A DNA stretch of 64,000 nucleotides. It comes from Bugula neritina (Eukaryota > Animalia > Bryozoa). The notes beneath the pieces are model-generated. The model made no database searches, was not told the origin of the DNA, and saw nothing but the letters and a program-made list of their open reading frames with translations. The stretch covers positions 32,168,773 through 32,232,772 of the forward strand of contig OZ037766.1 in NCBI GenBank assembly GCA_964035545.1, read 5' to 3'. The position numbers and the translations under genes were made by a program. Below are positions 42,574 through 56,300 of this stretch, one piece after another; position 1 is the stretch's first letter, and each line of letters opens with the position of its first letter.

Positions 42574-45500
42574 TTACTGTACTGAAATTAGAGTGTTGAC
42601 TCTCTTATACATCTTGAGTGTAAACTCCCCTGTTTCAACACAGTCTGGAACGCAGGCAATCTCAAACAAGCACACGTCTTCCATCTGGTCTATGATTCCC
42701 ACTTTGCAAGCAGCATATACGCTTTCCGGAAAATTAGTAGCAAACTGACTCAGTGGTCCAAATGGGTTATCTTTCAAGTCCAATAAGACGTGGACATAAG
42801 TTTGTTCAAAGGCGGCGAGATCCTTCTCTGAAAGTACTTTTGACCACATCAGAACTTTAGGGACTCCAGAGCTGTAAGCGTCTATGAGGGTCACACACTT
42901 TGGTTTAAATGCACTTTTTGGATTCTTAAGATGGTAAATCTTCTTTAGCCAACATTTAGCTGATTGCAGCGGGAAGTTCAGATCACTATCAAGTACCTCG
43001 CTGCAATATTCTACATATCTATCCCTGAAGAAGGCAGCATCCGCTTGTAGCCTTTTTACCGTTTCTACAAGATCACTCTGAGCACAATCAACACGCTTTA
43101 TTGGAATCTTAGAATCCTCCTCGTGGTAGCCGTCATACATAGTAGCTGTGAGCGTAAGACGTGGCTTGCTGGTTTCTTGACTACTTTGCTCAGATTCTGT
43201 AATGGCAATCAATGGAAGTGTGATGGCAGCTAGACGCACTCTCCAAAGACGGGTGTAAGCCCTCAGCACTTCTTCTACAGAAAACCACAGGAACCGGTCG
43301 AGCAAATCTAACCAGTGTTGCTTCTTCTTTTCTGTATCCTCTAGCAAAACCAATTCATTAAGAATAAAGAAGTAAAGGTTGGCTGACAATACTACAATTT
43401 GTATAGCAATTATCGGATGGTTCTCGTCTGTATTACAACACATAAAGAATGCAAAGGCATTGCATTTTTTCCTCAGCTGATCCAGTTTTTCTTTTTTTGA
43501 AAGAGTGTTGTAAATAGCAAGAAAAGAAATAAAGTCATTTATCATCGTGCATGATTTATCCAATGGTCCTCCAGTCATAAGTGAGCCATACATTTCACCC
43601 AATACAAATCTCAGCTCATCATTAACATTAAAGTACAGATTTTTAAACAACAAACAGCATTGGTGAAGGTCGATTGGTGACTCTTGGTCAAGAAGGTTCG
43701 CAAGTTTGCCAATTAGAATGCCAAGGCTTTCTGTAGAGAATGCAAGTCTTGTTGCTACAGACTCAGTCTCCACAGTGACAGCATTATCAGAGATGGTCTT
43801 TATTAGCTCATCTACAGACATGGCTGCCACATTGTCAGGGTGGGTAGCTTCGGAGCTGGTAGCTTTGTTCTATAAAATATTATTTCTACAAATTGAAAAG
43901 CTAAAAAAAGATAATGTACTCACTGGTATAAAAATAGCAGCATATACAGAGACAATCCATTTGTTTAATTACCATAATATTTAGTAAAACTTTTAACAAA
44001 AGCTATTAATACTATTCAAATTGTAATCCATAAAAACTGTTTCTAAAATTTAGTTTTCATTTTACTATTTGTGCAGTATCTAAGATGTCATATGATAGTC
44101 AATTTGAAAGAGTTGTTATTAACACATCACACAGTTTTCATGCTTTAAGTAAAAGGCTGCAGCTGGTTAAATCAAGCTACCAATAAAACTGTTTCTTACC
44201 TGAGAATTTTGTTCAGCCTGCATCTCTTGTCTCATCAGCTCATCAAACCCTTCCATTACTTTTTTTGAAAATGCCAATAAAGTAGACATATCCTGGTGAT
44301 CAGTTGTAGAGCTAAAATAGTACTCTGCCCACATCCATCCATCATATACAACGAATGGAAGTGGTGAAAGAGAGCGCATATTTGTACCCGATTCATTACT
44401 AACCGGTTCTTCACTAACCGGTTCTTCACTAACCGGTTCTTCACTAACCGGTTCTTCACTAACCGGTTCTTCACTAACCGGTTCTTCACTAACCGGTTCT
44501 TCACTAACCGGTTCTTTACTAACCGGTTCTTTCCTACACGATTCCTTACTATCCAGTTCTTCAATAGTCTCATGTCTTGCTTCTTCTACGGAGCTAAACT
44601 GTTTAGTAGCAGAGGAAGCTTGCGTAATTGTATCAGTAGGTGAAGGAGAGCTGCAAACTTGCCGACTGGTGGAGAGTTTGTCATGTAACTGGTTACACGG
44701 AGCTGAGGATGTAGCAGAAGAATCTGTAGAGGTAGAATCACCAGAGCTGGGAGGCACTTTGTCTTCAGAGTTTTTATGTGAACTAGCTTGCTCTATAGCC
44801 ACAGTGGGAGCAGGAGAGTTTTCTTGGCGAGGTTGGGTAGCCAGGGGTATGGAAGGATTAGAGGTCTCTGTAGCTTTAACTGGCTGTGTAGTGACTGTAA
44901 GGATTGCACTTGCAAAGCGGTCTGTGAGATTATAAACATTCTCTGCCCACTACAATATAAAGTTAGCTTACTCAGTTCTTAGAATACACGGTGAGTCATA
45001 AGGTGAGTCATAAGGTGAGTCATAAGGTGAGTCATAAGGTGAGTCATAAGGTGAGTCATAAGGTGAGTCATAAGGTGAGTCATAAGGTGAGTCATAAGGT
45101 GAGTCATACGTCAGAAAGAGATAGAACATATTTACCTAATTCTATTTAGGAACAGTAATGGAAAAGTTGAGATAGCCTATGTTCTTTAATTATATTATCA
45201 AATTTTTGTTTGGGGCATGAGAAAATAACTTCTTATGCTACATTACAGTTACTAACCTAGAACACAGGCTTTTCTGAATTTCTCCATTAGTATTATTAAA
45301 CTTACCTCCCTATTTCTTCAGTGGAGTTAAATGAGAGTACGTGTATTATTTACAAAAAATTCTAGTAGTAGTAGTAGTTTACAGTGGTAAATAATATTAT
45401 GATAATTGAAAAGACAATATTATGAATATAAAACATGAATATTTTATCAACATAAAAATTGCTGGTTACCTATGCATAATATACTATTACTATTAGTATT

Positions 45501-45858
45501 ACTAATGCTAACACTAATTCAGTAATTGAACTGCCTATTAAAATATTAAATTGAATAAATACTATGTATACTCATAGTGATAGTGATAGTTATACATTTA
45601 TACTTCAAGTTATAACTGTATATACTATTAATATAAGAATTAATATACTAAATAACTACATATATAGTTATATACCTACAGAAGTTATAAGTAATACTAT
45701 GACTATAAGTATATACTATTAGTATTACTGCTAACAATAATTTACTATATATTCATTGAGAATATTTTTGAAAGATTTGCTACGATTAAGAAAATGTTAC
45801 TCACGGGTTCTCCAGTATGAGTTTCACACCACCTAGAATCTTCAAAGTAACGTTCCAT
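42574..45858 (-). CDS. ~699-aa protein: S/T/E-rich disordered N-half with EEPVS repeats plus a C-terminal helical domain resembling Cry/delta-endotoxin domain I (paralogue A)
   Basis: Exons 45805-45858, 44200-44949 and 42574-43869 join in phase 0 (an upstream in-frame ATG at 46014 is also possible). C-terminal domain aligns by eye with ORF 47352-48530 (FKNLYFN/FRNLFKN; IAIQIVVLSANLYFFILNELVL/VALPLFILTAHLYFLTLQSLAL; PLQSAKCW/PLESCVCW; FEIACVP/IEIACFP). Confidence 0.75.
44395..44532 (-). repeat. Coding 15-bp repeat, (E/K)EPVS x9
   Basis: ctaaccggttcttca tandem array, in frame within exon 44200-44949. Confidence 0.92.
44990..45108. repeat. 12-bp perfect tandem repeat ggtgagtcataa x10 (each contains AP-1 consensus TGAGTCA)
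   Basis: Direct count of 10 copies in intron 1 of paralogue A, just upstream of its branch point and acceptor. Confidence 0.95.
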
Positions 45859-46030
45859 CGCTTTGCAGTTTGCAGGAGACTGGGTTATTCTATTATCTGT
45901 ATTTATTTGAGATTGATCAGCTATTTTGAGTGTAAACTGAAGAGTGGCAAAGCTTGTACTACCTTCACGTAGCACGAGCACAGCTGTTATGCCTTTATTA
46001 CAGCTTCTAACCATAAAGCTCTCTTTAGTC

Positions 46031-46167
46031 CACGTGTTACATTACGTAATAAGTGGGAGGGTATTGTAATTAAAGCTTGCTTTGAATGAATAGAAATTCC
46101 CCACATCAATACTGGTGCTAAAGACCCATGACTTTCCAACATTACGTAATGCGTTAAAGCAGCCAAT
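46031..46167. promoter_or_regulatory. Putative promoter motif cluster of paralogue A
   Basis: CACGTG at 46031; perfect palindrome ATTACGTAAT at 46041-46050 and 46141-46150; kB-like GGGGAATTTCT on - at 46092-46102; CCAAT at ~46163. Confidence 0.45.
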
Positions 46168-47351
46168 ACAAAATAGTAAACTCAAGTGGTGAGAATAAAT
46201 ATATAACAAGAAAGTACAAATAGAAAATAAGTAAAATATTAGTATAGTGATTTACTAATGTTTCTAGCTTTGCTCAACTACACAAATAATAATATTAGTT
46301 TCTCTAATAGACTAGAATATAGACAGAACTGCTGTCTACTAACACTAACTAGTCCAGATTGCACCCTGCTTCTGCTATGTATGTTGTAACATAACTTAGA
46401 GTCATGTAAAGCTCCAACAGCTAGCAGGTTACAAAATAGTTCCCAGAGTAATAGCTAAGTGTTATAGCAAAAACTAAACTATAATTAAGTTGGATTTGTG
46501 TTCAAAACCAGCATATACTGTGATAAAATGCTTTTGTTTTGCAGCAAAGCAAATGTGAATAGTTTTGCTTTATTCTCTATTGTGAAACCTGAATCAATTA
46601 ATTTCGTGTTAGAATAATTATAAAAGAAGCTTGGAGTTTTTAACTTGTTTTGTGACACAGAAAAAGCTGATGATTCTATACTTCCGCTTTTGGTAGCATT
46701 TCACATATTTTTAAATTATATAACTCTATAAACCTCAACTCTGATTTCTTATTTAATTTGTCTTAACATTCTTTAGTATTCTAAACTGTTTGTTATGTGC
46801 TGCACATTATTTTTTATAAGAGTAGAACTAGTAGTTTGCTCAATTAGTTTTAAGAACTTATTTATCCAAGTTATATTAATTTTTAGGCTGTTTCCTAGAG
46901 TTGTGTTTCCTATTTGTAAAATAATGTTAATATCTAAAATAATGATAGTTGGTGAACAATTCTACAAGATGTTTTATTTACTTTGTATCTGCCATTTTAT
47001 AAACACAAGTTTGTTCAAATAAAACAATATTATGTGAAGTAAATAGAAACTGCTAGGAAATCTGACAGAATTTATTGCAAACTTTAACAAACCACAAAAC
47101 ACATAAATAAGACATAGAGTCTATTTCACTAGTTTAAATTATACTCTACAATGAAACAAGCAAATTCTGGTAGACTTTAGAGTAAATGAAATATTTTACT
47201 ATCAGTATACGTACATATTACCAACATTCCCTAAAGTCATTTCAACAAAAACACAAACAGGCCAAAACATACTTGACTAAACCAAACTATTGGAGTTTTA
47301 ATTAATGTTTGTGACAGTATTCCATAAAGTAGTACCTATTACATACATTAT

Positions 47352-50300
47352 TCAACTGGAGGCTTCAACTTCTGGGAAACAAGCAATTTCAATCAGTGGT
47401 AATACCTGAGTACTATCAGGCTTGGTATGAGTTGCACTGAGAACATAACTATACTGGTCATCACTGAGGTTTGAGAGAAAACATTTCACTCCATCTGAAG
47501 GTCCTACTTTAGAGTCAAAACTAATGAGAGGAACAGGTTGTGAAGAACCTAAAGTTTGTTTCTGTCTGGAAGTTTTTGTTGAATCAACTTTAAAAGATTC
47601 TATTTCATGACCACCTGAGTATACGGATATCTGATGCTCTAGTGAAACCGTGTCTTGAAAAGATACAGGATTTACTAGCAGGCTCATCCAGCATACGCAA
47701 GATTCTAGAGGTTTATACAAAACATGGTTGAGCTCGGTGCACTTCATCTCAAGATATTGCTCTCTGAGTAACTGAGCTTGTGGTTGCATCTCCTTCAGAA
47801 CATCATCTAAGTTCATTTCTTCACACATGCGTGAACAACCAAGTTTAACATCTGAATGTTCCACATATATGTCAACAAGCTTTGTTTGGAGCTTGTAGCA
47901 TGGAAGTGTTGCACCTTCCAACCCACGGAGCCTAGCTTGCTCCGGCTCTACAAATGTCTTCAAGGTCATTGCTGTGGTGCCGTCAAAGCGCTTTTTCAAA
48001 AGTTTGCTAAACGCAGTCAAAACGTAAGTGATGCACTGGCTTGCGACTTCTCTGATTTTTACCAAAACTGATTGCATTGCTTCCTGATTGCGAGTTTCAA
48101 AGCTGATTAGTGCTAAACTCTGGAGAGTGAGAAAGTAAAGGTGAGCTGTTAGAATAAAAAGCGGTAGAGCAACGTCTGGGAATGACTCATCATCCATAAT
48201 CTTCTGCAGCTGAGCTTCTAGAATGTTTCCTGTAAGCTCCAACTCATTTCTCTCTTGGCACTCACTGTTTTCTACGATGGAGTTCAGAGATGTGTATAAC
48301 TCTATTAGTTTTTCCTCTGGAGCAACAGGGTCATACGTGTAAAACATAATGTCTTTCAGAGGTGTCAAATAGTCGGCAGAGTGGTTTTTGAATAGATTGC
48401 GGAATACATTTATTCCCTGAGAAGGACAGCCTGTAAGTGTGGAAAGCAGCCTGGAGATTATTACATTATACTGCTCATGACTAGAGCGAGCGATAGACTG
48501 AGGAACATACTCCCAGTTGTTTCTTCCCATACTAGCTCTCTGCCTTTGTGCAGCATCATATCTGCTTCTGTTACCCTAAAATATATACATACAGAAAACT
48601 GTAAAATCAAATTGATTAGTGTGACTGAATTAGCTAAAAAAATTTTTTAGTGTTATGTAAAGAAATGAGTACTTTTTGTTTTAAAATTTCTGTAACCGCA
48701 TGAAAGTTTGACACCCTCAGAGCTCAGGGCAGTTTTCAAAATGATATGTACTTCAAATCAAAAGATGTTATTATTTTTATGCTACATAATGCTGCATCTT
48801 GAATTATATAAAATATTATTATATTATATAATAAAGAACAAAGCATCTCAATATTGATGTAAATGCAAGTGTTGATGTACATGTAACTACAATTATTTAA
48901 ATAGAGACAAGCAGCTGTCTGAAAGGCAAGCTTTTTGACCAATCAGTAGCACAGCTAGTAATGCTGAACACATGTTTTGGCAGCATGTCAATAAATAGTA
49001 TTTATAAAAAGATGGTTGTGCACTAAGCTGGTGGTAAACTCTGGAACCTTCTAAGAGAAGATAAAGGAGCTGTATTATTATACTTGTAAAGGAAAATGCT
49101 GAGATACTTTGAATAAAACTGGAATCTCTACAACACACCAGCTGTTACATTCAGCATGCAGAATCAAGTAGAGCACTGTTTACTTACATTTTTGATAGTA
49201 AATGCTGGTCTAATTTGAAATTTTTTCTTGGAAGGATCCCGAGCGTCATAAAACCCAGAAACTCTTTGAAACAGTCGAAGAAGCAGCAGTATATCTCTTT
49301 CTACATGAGTCATTTCAAACTTGTCATCATTCTGTAAAAAGAGAAAAAATATGTTGTTATGTTTGTAATACGTTTCAAATCAAATAAATAAATTATTACA
49401 GATACAATAATATTGCAACGCTGCTACTCAGTTTGATAGATACACGCGCCCTATAACTTCTGAATTACTGACAGATAAAAGCAATTAAAATAAACTTTAA
49501 AATAATATTTTTAAGAAACAGAGAAACTATGAAATATTATTCACTCATTGAAAGCTATGAAAATACTATAAAAATATTTTCAACAAAATTAATTTTTATT
49601 GATATTATTAACAGAATTATTTTAAAAAAATTTAATTGCCATAAATGAATAAATTGCAGATATTGTGAGAATGTGAATGAGTGACAGTAGACACTATTGA
49701 TCATCTGCAGTGTTTATTCTGCTCTATAATTGTTTTATTTACCTAAAATTATAAATTACCATCACACAGCATTGCCATTGCCTTAAAGCACAAACAAGTG
49801 CTGTCTAATTTAATTACAACTTATAAAAAATGTGGATTTTATGATTCTAAATTTGTGCTGCAGAGAGAATGTTTTCAATAGAAATACTTACACTGGTAGT
49901 TTGTGTTGAGGTAGTTGTCTGCTTAGGTGCTGCCTCTGCTGCTGCTTTAGATGATTCTCCAGCTGCTGCCTCAGGTACTGGTTCAAGTGTTGCCTCAGCT
50001 GCAGGCTCAGGTGCTAGCTCAGGTGCTGCCTCAGGTGCTGGCTCAGGTGCTGGCTCAGGTGCTGGCTCAGGTACTGGCTCAGGTGCTGCCCTTATTGATG
50101 GAGTTTCCTCAGGTGCTGGTTCAGGTGCTGTCTGGGGCGCTGGCTCAAGTTTTGCCTTGGATGCATGCCCAGGTGCTCTTTCGGGTACTGCCTGAGGTGC
50201 TGGCTTAGGTGTTGCTTCAGGTGTTGCCTCAGGTGCTACCATTATTGTTGGAGTTGCCTCATCCTCCGGTTCAGGTATTGCTTCAGGTGCTGGCTCAGAT

Positions 50301-53300
50301 GCTGCCTGAGGTGCTGGCGCAATTGTTGCCTCAGGTGCATGCTCAGGTGCTCTTTTATGTGCTGCCTGAGGTGCTGGTTCAGGTGCTGCCTGAGGTGCTG
50401 GATCAGGTGTTGGTTTTTGTTCTGGTCTGCCAAAACCCTTTCCAGGAGATAATTTGTACCCAGACATGTCTGATGATATGGTTGATAACTTAGCTTGTCT
50501 AATTTTCCTGTATTGTGGTGTCCCAAAAGAAACGTTGAATGAGGCTCCAAGCAGAGCTGTGTCAGAGAGAGCCCTAGCAACAGTAGAGTCTTCAGTACCT
50601 GCGAATAATAATTATGAATGTCATTTGTCAAATTAGTATCAATATCTAACCCTACTAAAAGCTAATTATTTTTGATATTACATATAAAAAGAAGACCTAG
50701 TCATCTATAATATAAGTAATCAAGGTAAACCAATAGAATTAATATTATGAGCAAGTTTCAAGAAAAGTTATGGACAATTCTAATACTTCTGTGACTTAAA
50801 CTTTAACCTAAAAACAGCAATTAGAGACCAAAAGTAAACACTTCTAAAAACTTCAAACTAAAATTAAGGAAAAATTAAACTCCACTTACCGGTTGTGCAG
50901 TTGCTAACTTGCTAGTGCTATGTCCAAACTACTAACTAAAATGATTAGAGTGCCCAGCCGTGTTGCACTTAACTGCATATTATGTAATCAGCCCAAACCA
51001 ATAGAATTCTTACCCCAAATTCTTACATAACGAAAGTCAAGAAAGCAGTCATTTGGAACACAAGAGGGTTTTTAAGTGCAGGAAGGAAAATAATTGTTTG
51101 AACATTATAATTTTCACTTGAACTGTGTTTGCTTCATTGCTAAGCTGCTCCTTTACAAAATTTTACTCAAAATAATAAAAAGGTGACCCATCGGCTCACA
51201 AGGTAGGATCTGAATGCTATATCACTGCAGTTACTGCAACATATATTATCTGGTAAAGTATTGATTACAAACTATAGTTAATAGCATTTCTCTAGAGTCT
51301 AAACCTAGTATTTTATATTAAAAAAGTAGCAGATATCTTTTTATATGTTATTGTGAAAACCTAACTAAGTTTAATCAAGTTGAGAGAGCTAATTAGTTTT
51401 TAATTTTCAACTTCATGGAAACCAATTAAAGAGTACCTTAGTTATGTTCCACATATTATTATATACTTATAGTATATTACTATTAGTTTTTCATTTCCTC
51501 CATTACTGCACCTATCTCAATGTATTAGTTCGTATTGATCATGACCTCTCAAACTGTGACGTTTATCAAAAGTTAACCAAGCTATACAATTTGTGATTTA
51601 AAACAATGGAAGAAATGCAAATTTCTTTAACCTCACCTGAAACTTTAGGGGCACCAGAAGCGGTGATAGAATCAGTATTTGGGTTTTCAGTTGCTGCCAT
51701 ATCTTGACCCGCTGAACCCTTTACAACACCGGCTTGCGTTATCTACAACAGTGCTATAGAAATAAAAATAAATATCCAAAAGGTCATGGAGATGACACCC
51801 ACTGACTATTCTGATACCTACTGATTATTCTAAACTCGATATTATTTTGACACATACTGATCAGAGTTCTGATAATAATTCACCTTGGGCTCATCAGTAG
51901 GGTCTGCTGTATCTGCCTCCACCTGCTTGGTTGCTGTATCTCCCTCCACCTGCTCTGTTACTGTTTCTCCTTCCACTTGTTCTGCTCCTGTATCTCCTTC
52001 AATCTGTTCTGTTACTGTATCTGCCTCCACCTGCTTGGTTGCTGTATCTCCCTCCACCTGTTCTGTTACTATATCTCCCTCCACCTGTTCTGTTACTGTT
52101 TCTCCTTCCACTTGTTCTGCTCCTGTATCTCCTTCCACCTGCTTTGCTTCTGTATCTTCTGTTGTTCCGGTGTTCTCTGCTACACCTTCCGAGGTGTTCT
52201 CTCTCATTCGAGCTGCTAGTTTTGTCAAAAGTTGGAGATCCTTAGCTAATTGTAAATCATTATTTCCTATCTCTTCATATATGGGAGAAACATCATCATC
52301 TACAATATAAATACCAACAACTCATCCTCTAATAACACAATCCAACATAACTATTTTCAAAAACTTTGGCAATGAAATTGTGTGCAGCATTTAATCAAAG
52401 CTACACTCACTTTTTATCTAATTTCAACAGGACTTTGAACATCATAGTAAGTATTTTTTAATTGAATGAAATTAAAAGCTTTATTGCTTTCTTTTTATCT
52501 GTTCTCAATTGCAGTGAAATCACACCATATCATGTATCTACACCACACTGGTCTGTTTTCAGATTACATTTTAATCGAAGAAATTAATTACAGTTTATTA
52601 AAATATCTTGTTACAAATATACTATAGCTACCTCAAAGTATTTTGACAACTGAAGTTTGTGGTCACCTGCAAACTACTGCTTATGTAAGGTGATAATTGT
52701 GCAAGCCATCAATAACTTGCAATATGTGATTAAACAAATACGAAGGTGTTCACTAACCTTGTGCAGAAGAATCTCCCCGTGAAGAACTTTGTGCAGATGA
52801 GCTTTCAGCTGAAACATTGTCTTTGCTCGGCTCTTTATCAGACAAATCTGCTGTCGGAGACTTGATTTTAGTAGTTTGTGATGCAAGATTATCATTGCGA
52901 CTACTTTCTTCAATCAACCTAATTTGCTGGTCCAAGATGTCAGTTGATATCTAAGACATTAAAACTATTGAGCTAGACACACTAGTAGTAGACTTAGAAG
53001 TATCTATTTATTGCACAAACAAAGATTAAAGATCTGATATTTTAGCGATAGTTATTAATTCTCTAGAAAAATTTACTTAAAAGTAAATTAAGTTGATCTT
53101 CTTTGATTAAACAGTAACATTAACATGAAATTGAGACACTTTTGGGTAACAAAGAACAATCTAAAATAAAGCTATAAAACCATGTTTTAACACACTGTAG
53201 AGATAAAATATATTTCGATAGGATCAACGGTTTTACCTGAAATCCAAGATTAATCAATTGGGCAGTGGGAGACTCTCTGTTACTGGTCTGTAGTCCGGTA

Positions 53301-56300
53301 GGCTCGGGCAGGCTGAAATTTCTCATAGAAAAGAAATGCTGTGAGATCAAACAATTAGCGTTGTCTGCCAATTCCAGTGTTAGTAAAACATCCCTGACAA
53401 TTTCAGGAACATCTTCTCTATTCTTGACACTTGAAGCATTTCCTGGAAAACTACCAGCTGCAAGTGTATTAACTTCCATCACTTGCTCTGTTCTTGTATC
53501 TCCCTCCAACTGTTTCGTTACTGTACCTCCTTCCACCTGCTTTGTTCCTGTTTCTCCTTCCACCTGCTCTGTTACTGCATCTCCTTCCACCTGTTTCGTT
53601 ACTGTCTCTCTCCCTACCTGTTCTGTTACTGTATCTTCCTCCACCTGATCTGAATCTCCTTTCACCTGCTCTGTTACTGTCTCTCCTTCCACCTGCTCTG
53701 TTACTGCATCTCCTTCAACCTGTTTCGTTACTGTTTCTTCTTCTACCTGCTCTGTTACTGTATCTCCTTCCACTTGCTTTGTTCCTGTTTCTCCTTCCAC
53801 CTGCTCTGTTGCTGCATCTCCTTCCACCTGTTTCGTTACTGTTTCTCCTTCTACCTGCTCTGTTACTGTACCTCCCTGTACATGTTCTGCTACTGTATCT
53901 TCCTCCACCTGATCTGAATCTCCTTTCACCTGCTCTGTTACTGTCTCTCCTTCCACATGTTCTGTCACTGTATCTCCCTCCACCTGTTCTGTTGCTGTTT
54001 CTGTCTCCACATGCTCTGTTACTATTTCTCCCTTCACCTGTTTTGCTACTGCATCTCCCTCCACCTGTTCTGTTACTGTCTCTCCTTCCACCTGCTCTGT
54101 CACTGCATCTCCTTCCACCTGCTCTGTTCCTGTTTCTCCTTCCACCTGCTCTGTTACTGTCTCTCCTTCCACCTGCTCTGTTACTGTCTCTGCCTCAACC
54201 TGCTCTGTTCCTGTTTCTTTTTCCACCTGCTCTGTTACTGTCTCTCCCTCAACCTGCTCTGTTCCTGTTTCTCCTTCCACCTGCTCTGTTACTGTCTCTG
54301 CTTCCACCTGCTCTGTTACTGTCTCTCCCTCAACCTGCTCTGTTCCTGTCTTTCCTTCCACCTGCTCTGTTACTGTACCTCCTTCCACCTGCTCTGTTCC
54401 TGTTTCTCCTTCCACCTGCTCTGTTACTGTCTCCCCTTCCACCTGCTCTGTTACTGTCTCTCCCTCAACCTGCTCTGTTCCTGTTTCTCCTTCCACCTGC
54501 TCTGTTACTGTCTCTCCTTCCACCTGCTCTGTTACTGTCTCTCCCTCCACTTGCCCTGTCACTGTCTCTCCCTCCACCTGCTCCGTCACTGCATCTCCTT
54601 CCACCTGCTCTGTTCCTGTTTCTCCTTCCACCTGCTCTGTTACTGTCTCTCCTTCAACCTGCTCTGTTACTGTCTCTCCCTCAACCTGCTCTGTTACTGT
54701 CTCTCCTTCCACCTGCTCTGTTACTGTCTCTCTTTCCACTTGTTCTGCTCCTGTATCTCCTTCTACCTGCTCTGTTACTGTCTCTCCCTCCACCTGCTCT
54801 GTCACTGCATCTCCCTCCACCTGCTCTGTTACTGTATCTCCTTCCACCTGCTCTGTTCCTGTTTCTCCTTTCACCTGCTCTGTTACTGTCTCTCCTTCCA
54901 CCTGCTCTGTTACTGTCTCTCCCTCAACCTGCTCTGTTCCTGTTTCTCTTTCCACCTGCTCTGTTACTGTCTCTCCTTCCACCTGCTCTGTTACTGCATC
55001 TCCTTCAACCTGTTTCGTTACTGTTTCTTCTTCTACCTGCTCTGTTACTGTACCTCCCTGTACATGTTCTGCTACTGTATCTTCCTCCACCTGATCTGAA
55101 TCTCCTTTCACCTGCTCTGTTACTGTCTCTCCTTCCACATGTTCTGTCACTGTATCTCCCTCCACCTGTTCTGTTGCTGTTTCTGTCTCCACATGCTCTG
55201 TTACTATTTCTCCCTTCACCTGTTTTGCTACTGCATCTCCCTCCACCTGTTCTGTTACTGTCTCTCCTTCCACCTGCTCTGTCACTGCATCTCCTTCCAC
55301 CTGCTCTGTTCCTGTTTCTCCTTCCACCTGCTCTGTTACTGTCTCTCCTTCCACCTGCTCTGTTACTGTCTCTGCCTCAACCTGCTCTGTTCCTGTTTCT
55401 TTTTCCACCTGCTCTGTTACTGTCTCTCCCTCAACCTGCTCTGTTCCTGTTTCTCCTTCCACCTGCTCTGTTACTGTCTCTCCTTCCACCTGCTCTGTTA
55501 CTGTCTCTCCCTCCACTTGCTCTGTCACTGTCTCTCCCTCCACCTGCTCCGTCACTGCATCTCCTTCCACCTGCTCTGTTCCTGTTTCTCCTTCCACCTG
55601 CTCTGTTACTGTCTCTCCTTCAACCTGCTCTGTTACTGTCTCTCCCTCAACCTGCTCTGTTACTGTCTCTCCTTCCACCTGCTCTGTTACTGTCTCTCTT
55701 TCCACTTGTTCTGCTCCTGTATCTCCTTCTACCTGCTCTGTTACTGTCTCTCCCTCCACCTGCTCTGTCACTGCATCTCCCTCCACCTGCTCTGTTACTG
55801 TATCTCCTTCCACCTGCTCTGTTCCTGTTTCTCCTTCCACTTGCTCTGTTACTGTCTCTCCTTCCACCTGCTCTGTTACTGTCTCTCCCTCAACCTGCTC
55901 TGTTCCTGTTTCTCTTTCCACCTGCTCTGTTACTGTCTCTCCTTCCACCTGCTCTGTTACTGTCTCTCCTTCCACCTGCTCTGTTACTGTCTCTCCTTCC
56001 ACCTGCTCTGTTACTGTCTCTCCCTCAACCTGCTCTGTTACTGTCTCTCTTTCTACCTGCTCTGTTACTGTCTCTCCTTCCACCTGCTCTGTTACTGTCT
56101 CTCCCTCCACTTGCTCTGTCACTGTCTCTTCCTCCACCTGCTCCGTCACTGCATCTCCTTCCACCTGCTCTGTTCCTGTTTCTCCTTCCACCTGCTCTGT
56201 TACTGTCTCTCCTTCCACCTGCTCTGTTACTGTATCTCCCTCAACCTGCTCTGTTCCTGTTTCTCCTTCCACCTGCTCTGTTACTGTCTCTCCTTCCACT

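Noticed and set aside
44972-45135. Coding (YDSP)n exon from the 12-bp repeat on the - strand
   Set aside because: Would end in phase 2 with a <=50-bp intron and hit a stop; exon 45805-45858 already joins 44949 in frame.
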